From: Octopus sinensis
Lineage: Eukaryota
Direction: 5' to 3'
NCBI RefSeq assembly: GCF_006345805.1
Contig: NC_043003.1
Span: forward strand, 96,348,001 to 96,412,000
DNA length: 64,000 nt
The notes under the pieces were generated by a model. The model worked only from the letters and a program-made list of their open reading frames with translations. It had not been told where the DNA came from and made no database searches. Within the stretch, counting starts at the first letter, position 1. The number at the start of each line of letters is the position of its first letter. Positions 1 through 12,139 of this stretch are shown piece after piece. Both the position numbers and the translations under genes were made by a program.

Positions 1-365
1 GAAGCACAACTTTGTTCAAGTTGAAAACTTTCATTTTCATACATCATACTGTTATATGAAGATTCATGTGTATGAAGGCATTATGCATTATCTATATTGT
101 TATAGCCAATTATATAAGCCAGTTACTGTTGTAGTTATTCAAATTGCTTGGTATAACAACCAAATTTTTTCTCAACAAATACCCCTACTGTCTTTAAATC
201 AAACAAGCATGATAGGAAATATTGCTTGAATGCATTATTTGTTCCACAATCTCCATGTTGTACTCCTACTCAAACAAAACTGAACAGGTGGTAGAAGTGG
301 TTGTTGTTATTGTTGGTATTATTCTCCCTGTTGTTGGTTTTTTTTCTTCTTTAATTATAATAGTA

Positions 366-400
<35 letters not shown>

Positions 401-403
<3 letters not shown>

Positions 404-963
404 TTTGGCACAAGGCAACCAATTTCAGTGTTCAGCTGTTACTTATTTTATAAACCCCGAAAGGATGAAAGACAAAGTCGACCTCAGTAGATTTTGAATT
501 CAAAATGTGAAGATGAATGAAATGTTGTTAAGCATTTTCCTCAGCACGCTAATAATTCTGAAAGCTCACCACCTTATTATAGTAATAATAATATTAATAA
601 TAATAATCTATTCTACTATATGCACAAGGCCAGTAATTTTTGTGGGTGGTTTATGTAATTACATTGACTCCAGTGCTCAACTGAAGGGATAAAAAGTAAA
701 GTTGACCTCATCTCCATTGGAACTCAGAATATACAACCAGAAGAAATGCCACTAAGCATTTTTCCTGATGTGCTAATGCTTCTGAAATTTGTGGGGAAGG
801 GACCAGTCAATTACATTGACCCCAGTTGATTACATTTAACTTATATTTATTTCATTGGCCCTAAAAGAATGAAAGGCAAAGCTTACCCTGGCAGAATTTG
901 AAAAGATGAAATACTGCTAAGCATTTTGTCCAGTGTGCTAATGATTCTACAGCTTACCACCTT
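401..963 (-). mobile_element. Three tandem degenerate copies of tRNA-like SINE family D (working name; core gactttgcctttcatcctttcggggtcgataaattaagtacc), bordered by (AAT)n tracts
   Basis: Repeated gaaaggatgaaaggcaaagtygacct...gaatttgaactcagaa...taagcatttt blocks; same family as 15767, 21695, 23790, 32700-33405 and 54177. Confidence 0.75.
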
Positions 964-1010
964 ATTATTATTATTATTATTATTATTATCATTATTATTA
1001 TTATTATTAT

Positions 1011-1372
1011 TTGAAAATCAAAATCGAAATCGATCAACATCAATGGAAATTGTAGCTGTGATACCAGTGCCGGTGGCACGTAAGAGAACCATCCGAACGT
1101 GACCATTGCCAGCACCGCCCCAACTGGCCTCTGTGCCAGTGGCACGTAAAAAGCACCATCCGATCGTGGCCATTTGCCAGCCTCGTCTGGCACCTGTGCA
1201 GGTGGCACGTAAAAAGCACCCACATGGAGTGGTTGGTGTTAGGAAGGGCATCCAGCTGTAGAAACACTGCCAGATCAGACTGGGCCTGGTGCAGCCTTCT
1301 GGCTTCCCAGACCCCAGTTGAACTGTCCAACCCATGCTAGCATGGAAAAACGGACGTTAAACGATGATGATG
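1011..1372 (+). mobile_element. 3' UTR/tail fragment of an RTE-type LINE ending in (GAT)n
   Basis: Highly similar to 63009-63347 and to the 3' UTR of the RT-coding copy at 55667-56859 (ggagtggttggcgttaggaagggcatccagctgtagaaa...ggacgttaaacgatgatgat). Confidence 0.8.
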
Positions 1373-1402
1373 ATTATTATTATTATTATCATTATTATTA
1401 TT

Positions 1403-2308
1403 CAGTAGTTTTATTTTTATAACATGCTTTCACTTCACTACCGAGCGCAGCTCTGTGTGCCTTGGGTATGTGCTGTGGTTTGCTGTGATTCTCTTATGGT
1501 TACTGTATTGAAAGTGTTTTGCGTAGGATGTGTGCAGTGCCCAGTAGTGCAATTTTTCTGTATGTTATATATATTTGTAAGTCCTGGTGTTTTTGTCATG
1601 TATTTGTCTGAATATTTTTTATCATGCCTAATGCACCTACCATGATAGGAATTGTTTTTGTTTTAAGATTCCATTTTCGAGTTACCTCTATTTCCAGGTC
1701 TTTGTGTTTTGAAACTTTCTCCATTTCTTTTAGAGAAACGTTGTCATCTGCTGGTATTGATACATCAATTAGAAAGCATTTTTTTCCTTCATGATCTCTG
1801 ACAACTATATCTGGCCTACTGGCCTTAATTTCTCTATCTGTGTGTATTGGCATATCCCAGAATATGGCTGTTCTCATTTTCTGTGACCTTTTCTGGTGTG
1901 TGCCTATACCATCCTTTTTCTGTTGTTATTCCATAGTGTTGGCATAGTTTCCAGTGTATGTAGGTCCCAACTCTGTTGTGTCTGTGAATATATTCCTTCT
2001 TAGCCAGGACTGGGCAGCCAGGCATAATATGATTTATTGTTTCTTGTCCATCTCCACATATTCTGCAGTTACCTGTTATATTTCTTTTCATTACATGTTT
2101 TTGGTAAATTCTAGTGGGGAGGCTTTGGTCTTGTGCTGCAATTAAAAGTCCTTCAGTCTCTGCTTTGAGTCCTGAGCTTCTCAACCATTGCTGGGATTTT
2201 TCTCTGTCTATTTGTTTTGCATTTAGTTTAGTCCAGTATTTGCCATGAAGGGGCTTTTCTTGCCATCGTTTTATCGTGGTCCGTTGCTGTTGTAGTTTTA
2301 GTTTGGAT
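1403..2308 (-). mobile_element. 5'-truncated R4/Dong-like non-LTR retrotransposon (CCHC zinc knuckle + restriction-like endonuclease), frameshifted
   Basis: ORFs 1834-2340 and 1596-1877: LHGKY, ETEGLLIAAQDQSL, CRIC-x7-H-x4-C, RHNRV, RPDIVV..IDVSIP..EK..K..DL, VGALG. Flanked by (TAA)n on both sides. Confidence 0.9.
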
Positions 2309-2339
2309 TTATTATGATTATTATTATTATTATTAGACA

Positions 2340-3085
2340 ATACAACGAATGCAATGTGATTGTTAAAGATATTTTATTGGTTGAATGATATCACATCATA
2401 TAACTTGGTCAAATCTGAAATCCCAATGTTTGAAGATAAAGCAGGTTTGTACTGGAAACATAAAAATACTTTCGTACACCATTATATCAAATGCAGTTAC
2501 AGTGAATCATGATTAACGGAAATTGCAAATGGCATAACTAAGATTAGCAAAGGAAGTCAAATTTTCATGCATAATTTTAGCAAACAAAGTACAATATGTG
2601 ACAGAATTCTTTTAGTGATTAACTGGTACTGAAATTTCGCTGGCATTTCAAAAGTGTTACAGGAAAGTTACCAGCATGTTGCAGAAAAATATCCTTGTTT
2701 CCTCAGCCATCTGTTGTAGCCTTTAGATGGAATTAAAATATGAGAGAGCTATTAACCTCTACTTCTGACTCCAAAAAAAACTAACATTAGAGTTTCTGCA
2801 TGCTGTACTTTGAAAAACAGCTGCAAGAGAGGTAAGCCCTAATCATTCTGCAACAACATGAGTCAAGTCAATTTCATCAGGGATCATAACAGAAATGTTA
2901 TGATTTACATGGAAGGTGGGACATGTAGGGATTCCCATTTGGTGTATGCAGCAGAATGCACCAAACACAACTTTATTTATGTTGGATGTATAACAGAACA
3001 ATTAAACAAAAGATTCAATGGGCACAGATATGATGTCAGTAGTTCAACAGAACTTGCCAAACATTTTAGATTTATGAAGAGTTAG
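2340..3085 (+). mobile_element. Degenerate Penelope-like element fragment (RT C-terminus + GIY-YIG endonuclease)
   Basis: ORF 2858-3085 TCRDSHLVYAAECTKHNFIYVGCITEQLNKRFNGH..TELAKH fits the PLE GIY-YIG pattern (VY..C..YVG.T..L..R..H). Upstream part is broken and its boundary is approximate. Confidence 0.75.
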
Positions 3086-3119
3086 GTCAATCCTTTAAAA
3101 TATTATCATCATCATCATT

Positions 3120-3993
3120 TATGGTTTCTTTTCATTATAACATTTTTTTCAGCTGCCTGTACCAGGCATCTTCCAGAAGCCAAGAGTAGCAAAGGCACTT
3201 TTGTTTTGCTATGCATGCTAAAATTATCACCACATTTATTCCATTTTAGATGGAAATTGCTTTCCATAGTATATGGGCTGTACCCATCAAAGTTATCTTT
3301 TGTAGTTCACGAAGATTGAAGTTACCAAGGAGTTGCTTAATATACTTCTCAGCTCCCTTCTTTATCATTCCCAACATGCCAATTACCACTGGTATTATCA
3401 TAGTATTAAGCTTCCACATTATTTCAATTTGCAGATCTTTATAGTGAGAAAGCTTTTCATATTCTTTTCTTGAGACATTTTGATCTTGTGGGACAGACAT
3501 AGTTATTAACAGACAAGTTTCTCTGTTGTAGTCCTTGATCACAATGTCTGGTCAATTGGAGTCAATTTTTCTGTCTGTTTGTATTGAGAAGTTCCAAAGG
3601 ATGGTGACGCCCTCACCATTTACTACATCCTCTGGATGATGCCTGTACCACTTATCATGGGATTTAATTTTGTTGTATTTACAAGCATTCCAGTGGATGT
3701 ACTGCCTTCGTCTATCATGTCCTATGAGGTACTCCTTTTCAGCGAGGACTGGGCAGCCAGAAACAACATGATCAATTGTCTCTTTGAATTTTTCACAAAT
3801 TCTGCACAAGGGGTCAGATTCATCTTTAAGGATGTTTGCATTGTAGTTTCTGATAGGTAAGCTCTGATCTTGCGCTGCAATAACAAACCCTTCTGTTTCC
3901 CCTTTCAGACCTGTCCCTTGTAGCCATTGGTGTGTTACATTTTGATCAATATCTGGCTTGGACAGGCAGTTAGGGTATTTTCCATGCAGGAAA
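3120..3993 (-). mobile_element. Second 5'-truncated R4/Dong-like RLE retrotransposon (diverged from the first)
   Basis: ORFs 3552-4082 and 3246-3542: LHGKY, ETEGFVIAAQDQSL, CRICEKFKETIDHVVSGC, EKLSHYKDL, IPVVIGMLG, GTAHIL. Bounded by ATT/ATC microsatellites. Confidence 0.9.
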
Positions 3994-4088
3994 ATTATTA
4001 TTATTATTATTATCATTATTATTATTATTATTATTATTACTATTATTATTATTATTATCATTATTATTATCATCATCATCATTATTAT

Positions 4089-4435
4089 TCAAAATATTAC
4101 ATGTGAATTTAATGAGCAAAAAATGCAATCTTGAGGTTTGGTGACAACAAACCTCCTCATATCTCAGGAATCTTCCTTAGGATTCTTGCAGTTTACCGGG
4201 TGGCACTTTTCTACAGAGTAACAGTACATATCTCAATTCCAATTTTCTTCAATTTCTTAGGTAACTTTTTGGGTGTTATGCCAAGTGCACCACAGGAATA
4301 ATTGTCACATTTCTGCCTCACAAGTTCTTCATCTCTCTGGCTTGGTCTTGATATTTCTTAATTTTCTAAATTTCTTTGGTATCCACTCTACTATCAATAT
4401 GGTATAGCAAAGTCTATGATTTTACACTTTCTTTT
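4089..4435 (-). mobile_element. Third, older R4/Dong-like RLE 3' fragment
   Basis: Manual translation of the minus strand gives KCKIIDFAIP/DSRVDTKEI*KIKKYQD..VTIIPV/GALGITPKKL...TARILRK, with stops and frameshifts. 3' end abuts the (TAA)n tract at 3994-4088. Confidence 0.75.
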
Positions 4436-4682
4436 TTGTATTTAAAAAAATTTTTTTAACGACGGTGCATCAGCATGGCCGCAGCTCTGAGCTGGAACTG
4501 GAAAAACAAAATTTGTTTAGCTTTTGTCCTCCAAGCTCATATCTGGTATCTTTAATTCTTTATTTCAGTGATATTTCAAAAGTGCTACAATACATACTTT
4601 TACTGAGTGAAAGCAATTATATATTTACATAATTTCATATTTTAATTAAACTTGATGTTATTTTCATGTTATTTTATTGTAG

Positions 4683-4788
4683 GTGTTCATAAATTTTGCA
4701 AATTCACAGTCAAGTACAATCGAAACAGAAATTGATATGCATGCAGATTTGAAGTTTGTTGCAGAAAAATATGGCAACTCACCGCAAG
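4683..4788 (+). CDS. ABCA1-like: Internal (near-terminal) coding exon of an ABCA-subfamily ABC transporter: VFINFANSQSSTIETEIDMHADLKFVAEKYGNSPQ plus 1 nt
   Basis: T-rich tract and AG acceptor (4681-4682), open 106-nt frame, AAG|GTAAAT donor (GT at 4789-4790). Starts in phase 0 with VFINFA, matching the conserved C-terminal VFVNFA/VFINFA motif of ABCA1/2/4/12/13 that follows SQTTL(D/E)x. The exact paralogue cannot be determined from this window. Confidence 0.85.
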
Positions 4789-5673
4789 GTAAATAAATTT
4801 TTCTTCATTCGGATTTTTTTTTTTATTTCACTTTATCAATTTAGATATTCCCTCCTCTTCATATGTTAACACATTTGGTCTTGGCACTTTGACAGTCTAC
4901 CATTCAAACCAATCAACTTTTAGCTGTTGCAAAACCAACCAAAGTGATTTATTCAAAACAACCTATTATACTGGCAAAATATTGTCCCCAAAATATCTTT
5001 TGTTGTTATCATTTCATGATTTAAATATCATATTGGTCACTTAGTATTTTCAGTACTAAACATTTAAACTTTGATGTTTGTGATGGTTGACATGTCTCAT
5101 TTGAAATATCTTCAAGCTACCCTGGCTTTTTACCCTACTTGGTCTTAAAGCAAATGAAATTCTTATGAGAGTGAATAGATGTTATTGGCAAAAAATATCA
5201 CCCAACCAGATCTAACAGCCCCTGGTTTCAGTAATGCTACAGCACTAATGAAACAAAAGTTAATTTGTTAGTACAGTTATTTCAACAGCCTACCAAGAAG
5301 ACATTATCTCTTTTACTCTCTCTCTCTCTTTCCTTTTACTTATTTTTCTGACACATAAATGGTTATAACGGTGTATTGTATCATCAGCAAAAGACACAAC
5401 AATACCAATCATAACATGCCTCTGCATGTAGTGGTTAAACATTTTATTGATTTCTCCTTTGCAATTCATATTTCTCAATATACAGGATTTTCTTCCTTGA
5501 GAGAAGAGATATAATAAATAATTTGATGAATAGATATGTCGAGATTCAAGTCTAGAAAGAAATCATTGTTGCTTTACAGTATTGTTATATAGCTCTAAGG
5601 ATGGAAATTGAAGAAAGCTACTTAACTGATACAGATTGTAGAGAAAATTATGTTTTTTGTTTTAATATTTCAG

Positions 5674-5786
5674 CTTTAAAAATTCCTAATTATGAAATGA
5701 AAAAGTCAAAGAGAAATGTTAACATTAGACAACAGCAAAGCTATAATGACTTCCATAAAAATTACATCAAAGTGAAGAAAGTGTGA
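5674..5786 (+). CDS. Candidate proximal alternative terminal exon of the ABCA gene (ALKIPNYEMKKSKRNVNIRQQQSYNDFHKNYIKVKKV*)
   Basis: tgttttttgttttaatatttcAG acceptor (5672-5673), phase-1 compatible (G|CT = Ala), open to TGA at 5784-5786, AATAAA at 5801-5806. Confidence 0.4.
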
Positions 5787-6660
5787 TATTGAAATCACAT
5801 AATAAATACCGAATGGCAAGAAGCTCTTCATTGGTTATTGTTGATTTCTGATTAATGAGTTAATAACTGTTAATTAACTAATTTTTATAAGCTGATAAAT
5901 CTTGTTGAAATCATGACCAGTGTTGTTAACTTCAGATTACTGTGACCATCATGCTAATCAGTGTGATAGCATAAGTCACTTGAGATTTCATTATCATAAG
6001 TATCTTTAATCAACTTCATATATGGGTAAGAAATAGAGCCTTTGAAGGGCATGATGTTTCTGAAAAGCAGTATTAATGTAAGTGAAATAACTACACATAG
6101 GAACCAGTTTTTGTGAGAAAGGTGAAGTATTATCAACTAAATTGACTTAATATATTACCAGCACTTATTTTTACTAACCTTTTAGTTAGACCTTGTTTCA
6201 TATGTTCTGTGTCATATAAAGCTTTCTCTTCATAAGTCCTAAGTTACTCTGTGTGTATTGTCTTGACATCACACAGTAGTTATAAATGAGTGTCACCCTC
6301 ATGCAAGTAGTGTCATTTTGTTTTCCATCATTCATAGAAACATATTTTCCATGGGGAAAATATTACCTTATTTGGGAAATACATGAAGATTGGCAACATC
6401 TGACTGCCCCAATGAACACCAGCCAAACCATGTACCAGGGAAATATGCCTTGTGTATCCACATGTGATACCAGGACAGGCAAAGAATTGCAAAACTAAAC
6501 AAAGTTACCACTAGTCAGGTTTCAATGCAGAACTATAGAGAATAGTGCTAAATACTACAATATCTACTTCGGTACATCTGTATTGTGGGCTTGAATTTGG
6601 TCATAGTTAGCTTTGCTTTTCATTCATCTGTGAATTATGAAATAGACAATAACATTGAAG

Positions 6661-7330
6661 CACAGGCATAGCTGAATGATTAAGAGTTCGCTTCCCAACC
6701 GCATAGTACTGAGTTCAATTCCACTGTGTGACTCCTAAACCAGGCTTCTTCTACATAGCTCTGAGCTGATTGAAGCCTTGTGAGTAGACATAAAGTAAAG
6801 TAAAGGGCCAGTTTCCCAGTTTCATGATGTATAAATTCTCCCCACCTGAATGGGATGCTGGGCCGTTGAGGATTACTCATTTTTGCTAGCTGAGTGAGCT
6901 GGAGTAATGTAAAATGAAGTGTTTTGCTCAGGAACACAAATGCACTACTCGCGAATCAAAACTACAATGAAAACCAGAAATCGAAACCACAATCTCACGA
7001 TCATGAGTTCAACACTCTGACCACTAAGCCACTTGCTTCCACCTGTGAGTAGTCATGGAAGATAGAAACTGAAAATAGTTTATCATGTATGTGTGTGTGT
7101 GTGTGTTATCTTGACATCACACAGTAGTTATAAATAAGTGTTACCCTCATACAAGTAGTGTCATTCTGTTTTTCATCATTCATGGAAACATATTTTCCAT
7201 GGGGAAAATATTACCTTATTTAGAAACAGGTGAAGGTTGGCAACATCTGACTGTAGAAAATCTGCCCCAGTGAACACCAGCCAAACCGTGCGAGCATTAA
7301 AAGTGAATGTTAAAACAATGACAAACATGA
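6661..7330 (+). mobile_element. SINE (family A head, RTE-like tail) interrupted by an antisense family C SINE (6791-7043)
   Basis: Host SINE resumes after the insert; 12-bp target-site duplication tgtgagtagaca (6779-6790) / tgtgagtagtca (7044-7055). Confidence 0.75.
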
Positions 7331-7429
7331 TAATGTTGATCTCTGTAGATAAGTTGATGTTGAAAATAAAAGCAGACTTCAGAAATGTTTACAATATAGA
7401 TATAATTTTTAAATGATAGCTTGTGTTAG

Positions 7430-7790
7430 ATGTAGGCTGTATAGTAAGAAATTTGCTTACCAGCCACATGGCTCTGGGTCCAGTCCCACTACATGGCACC
7501 TTGGGCAAGTGACTTCTATTGTAGCGCCAGGCCAACTAAAGCCTCATGAGTTGATTTGAATGATGGACACTAAAAGAAGCCTGTCGTGTGTGTGTTTGAC
7601 AACCAGACTTGGTTTGTTTACTTCCCCATAACTTAGCAGTTTGGTAAAAAAAAAAAAAATGGGACTGATAGCATAAGTACCAGGCTCTAAAAAAATAAGT
7701 ACTGGGGGGTCAATTCATCCAACCTTTCGAGGTGGTGCTCCAGCATGGCTCCAGTTTAGTGACTGAAACAAGTAAAAGACAAAAGAAGAC
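7430..7790 (+). mobile_element. tRNA-like, CORE-like SINE family A (working name)
   Basis: ggcaccttgggcaagtg core, internal (TG)n, tail ...cagcatgg...gactgaaacaagtaaaaga shared with 25604-25998. Confidence 0.75.
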
Positions 7791-8534
7791 AGATGTGGTA
7801 TAACTTACACAATCTGCTGTAGTAGTTTAACTGCTAGAAATAGCAACCAAATCACCCTTAAATTCCATACTGTCATCTGAAATAAGGAAATACTTATCAC
7901 ATAACATAGTCATAGATACGCTATTATGCAATCCTGGAAATTGTTACAGCTGTAATTTCTTTGATTATCAGTTTACTCAATAAGAATTGACATGAAGCTA
8001 ATTAAAAGTAAAATAAATTGTGCTAGCACGTAAAATTTCCTTCACTTTAGTATACCTCCTTGACTATAAAATTAGTTTTGAGTGTAATAAAATAATACCA
8101 TTATTTATTATCAGAATCATTGATATATTTAGATATTCTTTAAAAAGATATATAGACTTTTTGAAACCTGTTTGTCAATTTCTTGTTTATTCAGAGGTGA
8201 AAATAAAGAAGAAATCTGGTAAACAAAGTTACTTTTATCATATATCTGTTACAAAATGGAAGGTTTAGAACAGGTGTGTACAATATATGGGGTGCTAGGA
8301 CTTTACATGTGAGCCTCATAATAAGTTTGAAATATGTTTCTATTGGAATAAGTGATGGTGATGTTTAAATTAAGGTTGAGCTCTGATCGAAACTGTTGTC
8401 AAGAGTTTCGTTTCCTTGCAGTGTTCAGCTTCTTAAATTGGAAAGATATGGAGTATCAAGTTGGTATTAGCTCATCACCTAAAAACAATATATCAATACA
8501 GTCTCTCATAGTGCTACAACAATGTAATTTTCAA

Positions 8535-8720
8535 ATATACATATACAGGTGTGTATATATGTATGTATGTATGTATGTATATATGTATGTATGTATGTAT
8601 GTATTTATGTATGTGTGTGTGTATGTATGTATGTATGTATATATGTATGCATATATATCTGTGTGTGTGTGCATGTACATGTGTATGTATAGTTGTTCAT
8701 ACATGTGTGTGTGTATTTGT
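8535..8720. repeat. Compound (TATG)n/(TG)n microsatellite
   Basis: Directly visible; source of the spurious MYVC/HTYI ORFs. Confidence 0.9.
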
Positions 8721-9459
8721 GCACATGAGCCTGTGCATGCAAAGGACACTAGAAATCAACTTTTAAGCAGAAATGGATTCCATGGCAGTTTTCCGACTGT
8801 TAGCCAACTTTCAAACACAATTAAATGCATTTGTCATATCACAAGCACCAAATGAACTTAGTGTCAAAACCTAGACACCTTTCAGACTTATACTCTGTGG
8901 TTTATATAATACTGTAACACCAAAACCTGTTTCAGAGCTGTTTCATCTATGCAGTTTGAAAAAATTTCCTCTACATATCTGTCTAAACAATTTGGATATA
9001 TGATTCAATTTACTTTCTGCTTAGATACACTGCACTTGCTCTCTAAGTTATTGAATGAGATAGATTCTATTCTACATTTTAGAATTTTCATGTGGATTGC
9101 ATGAGAAATTAATCTGCAAACTGAACAAAGAGGATTTTTCACAAGTGAAGGAGTGAAACAGTTTACTTTTGATGTAAGGAATCGGAACTTAATAAAACAT
9201 GCATTAAGTAACATCTTTATGCAAAGTTATCAGAGTATATGAAACCCAAAAAAATATGGTTACTAAGAATGAATGAGAAAAAACAAAAACACAATGTTAC
9301 TATGATTGAGAAGATATTGGTACATAAAGAATACAGACTTTGGGATAATTGAGATTAATATATGTATATATATTAATGTATATAACAGCAAATATATACA
9401 TATATAATATGTGTTTGTGTGTATATATGTATGTGTGCATATATATGTGTGTGTATATA

Positions 9460-10292
9460 CAGGGGTTGGACAAAATAATGGAAACACCTTAAAATTTCAA
9501 ACAAATTTATTTTAATATGGGGTAAGAATGCCTTTGGCAATAATTACAGCTTGAATTCTATGAGGTACGGACTCGTACAAAGTTTGAATTCTTTCCAAAG
9601 GAATTTTTGTCTATTCTTCAGCTAAAACAGTCTCGAGTTCTTGTAGTGGTGATGGTGAAGGATATCGACTCTTTACTTGTTTTCCTAAAATGCACCATAA
9701 ATGTTCAATAATATTAAAATCTGGGAACTGTGGTGACCAGATAAAATGTTCAACTTCACTAGAAGGTTCCTCATACCATTCAGTAACAACTTTAGCTGTG
9801 TGAATAGGTGAAAGATTGTGTTTCTCTCTGGAAACAGTTCCACAACCATAGGATGAATTTGATCAGATAAAATGCTTAAATAGTCTTGACTATTAATTCT
9901 GCCATGAAGGGAAAGCATTGGGCTGGCAGATTTCCAAGATCTAGCCTCCCCCCCCCATCCCCCACCAGATCGTCACAGATCCTCCTCCATTTTTAACAGT
10001 TGGAAGAAGGCAGTCTGAGTCAAATGCTTCTTTTGGCTGTCTCCACATGTATACTCAGCTGGTGGTTGGAAATAAGGTAAAGGATGACTTGTCTGAGAAA
10101 GTAACATTTTCCCACTGCTCTAGGGACCAATTCTGTAGGTTTTTGCCCCACTCTAAACACTTAGTAACGTTTGTTTTTGAAAGTAGTGGTTCTCTGATTA
10201 CAGCCCACCACATGAAACCCGGCTTCGTGCAGCTCCCAGTGAACAGTTTTTGTAGAAACTGGGTTCTCGAGGTGGTATATTTTTTAACCACA
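9460..10292 (-). mobile_element. Tc1-like DNA transposon remnant (one terminal repeat + decayed DDE transposase)
   Basis: TA|CAGGGGTTGGACAAAATAATGGAAACACC terminus. Minus-strand peptides PLLSKTNVTKCLEW..W..VTFSDKSSF, PTVKNGGGSV, GRINSQDYLSIL, WSPQFPDFNIIEHLW. Confidence 0.85.
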
Positions 10293-10709
10293 AGCCTTTA
10301 GTGGATTAAGAGTTGATGTGTTTCAGAGACATTGCATACAATTACTGGTCACTAATTCAGATATGATTTAAATATATGAGATGTGTAAAACTCACTTGTG
10401 AGGCTAAACCAAATCTTTCTGTATATAAATCAAGTTTTGTAATGTTTAACTTTATTTAAATTCCTCTACTTTATACTATGTTGTGCATAAGATAAGTATT
10501 GCTTTATTAATAACAAGCTGTGAAAAGATCAAATATGCAATTGGGTTATCCACTATGGAGCTAACCAAATTTAGGACTGCTTTATATAGAAATTGGTCTC
10601 TCCTACTGTGGGGAAATAAACCAGGCACATATATTTCCTCTGAGAAGTTGTCAGTAGACACTAAAATGGATTGCCAAGAAAGTCTCTTCCTCATTTTTCC
10701 TCACATTGG

Positions 10710-10896
10710 TATAGGCTTCGTTGTGTGGTAAAAAAAAACTTGCTTCCCAACTATGTGGTCATCAATTCAATCCCAGTGTGTGACTCCTCAGGTTTGTGTC
10801 ATCTGTTATAGCCCCAGGTTGACCAAAGCCTTGTATGTGGATGTGGAAGACAGAAACTGAAAGAAGCCCATCATATGTGTGTGTGTATGTATGTAT

Positions 10897-10928
<32 letters not shown>

Positions 10929-11150
10929 CATATATATGAATGTTTGTATCTATGTGTGACAATCAGTGTTGGTTTGTTTACATCTCTGTAACTTAGCAGT
11001 TTGGCAAAAGAAAACCAATAGAATGGGTACCAGACCTAGAAATAAGTCCAGGATCAATCTGTTCAATTAAATAACCTCAAGGTGGTATTCTATCATGGTT
11101 ATAGTCTAAAGACTGAAACAAGTAAAAGATAAAACATAAAGATCAATATC
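10710..11150 (+). mobile_element. SINE family A copy with internal (TA)n
   Basis: Head gttgtgtggtaa..cttgcttcccaac; tail gactgaaacaagtaaaagataaaa. Confidence 0.7.
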
Positions 11151-11602
11151 ACCAAAGTAGTGTGTTTACATTTTTATTTCATTTACAGCAAGGCTTTGTA
11201 AGATGTCTAATGCATTTCAGTTTTTCTTCTTTACACTGTGTTGTGCATAAAATATAAGACAACTAAATTGTTTGTACAAGGCTGTGTTGAAACTTTTTTT
11301 TGCCTTTGCATGGAAGAAATAAATGTGCATGAACTAACAATAGGCAAATTACATGTTATAACTGTGAAAATATTTAGTTTTGATGGTGGGAGAGATACAT
11401 TCATTATATTTTGTAAAAAGGTTAATGCCTGGAACGTTGTGAGGAAATCCATTTCTGTTGAATCCAGCTTAGAATGTCCTACATTCTATTTCTATCATCA
11501 TTTTGCTATTGGCCATAAAATGTCTGCTATAATCAAATCAGATATTTTCAAATATTTCTGAAATAATCAGATTAATCTTCTAACCTTTATAATTATGGAG
11601 AG

Positions 11603-11610
11603 TATGTATA

Positions 11611-11658
<48 letters not shown>

Positions 11659-11684
11659 CATACACACATGCACACACATATATA

Positions 11685-11720
<36 letters not shown>

Positions 11721-11767
11721 CATGCATATATCTGTATACATGGACATATATACATATGTATATGCAT

Positions 11768-11800
<33 letters not shown>

Positions 11801-11820
11801 TGCATGTATACATACATACA

Positions 11821-11851
<31 letters not shown>

Positions 11852-11865
11852 GTATGCATACATTT
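11603..11865. repeat. Compound (TA)n/(TG)n/(CATA)n microsatellite
   Basis: Directly visible. Confidence 0.9.
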
Positions 11866-12139
11866 ACATAAAACATAAAAAATAGAATGTGTGAGGTATT
11901 TATAAATATTTGATGTCTTTGGGCCATCTTGTTAAAGCATTTCCAAGAAATTTTACCATTTCAATTTTATCTTGAAAATTTTATTTCATAATCTTCATAC
12001 ATGATCTAATGCTAAATTAAAACAGTCAATAAAGTAAAACATTCTAATAAAATACATTTAATGACATTACTATGAGAAAGTTTTAACGTATTATATATAT
12101 ACATATATACACACACAGTCATATTTGGAGATGGTCATT

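Noticed and set aside
222-497. ORF with YSYSNKTEQ|V loosely resembling the ABCA YSVSQTTLEQ|VF motif that should precede exon 4683
   Set aside because: Poor motif match, weak donor (gtggta), no NBD2-like upstream sequence, and the ORF runs into a microsatellite and SINE. The real upstream exon probably lies before the window.
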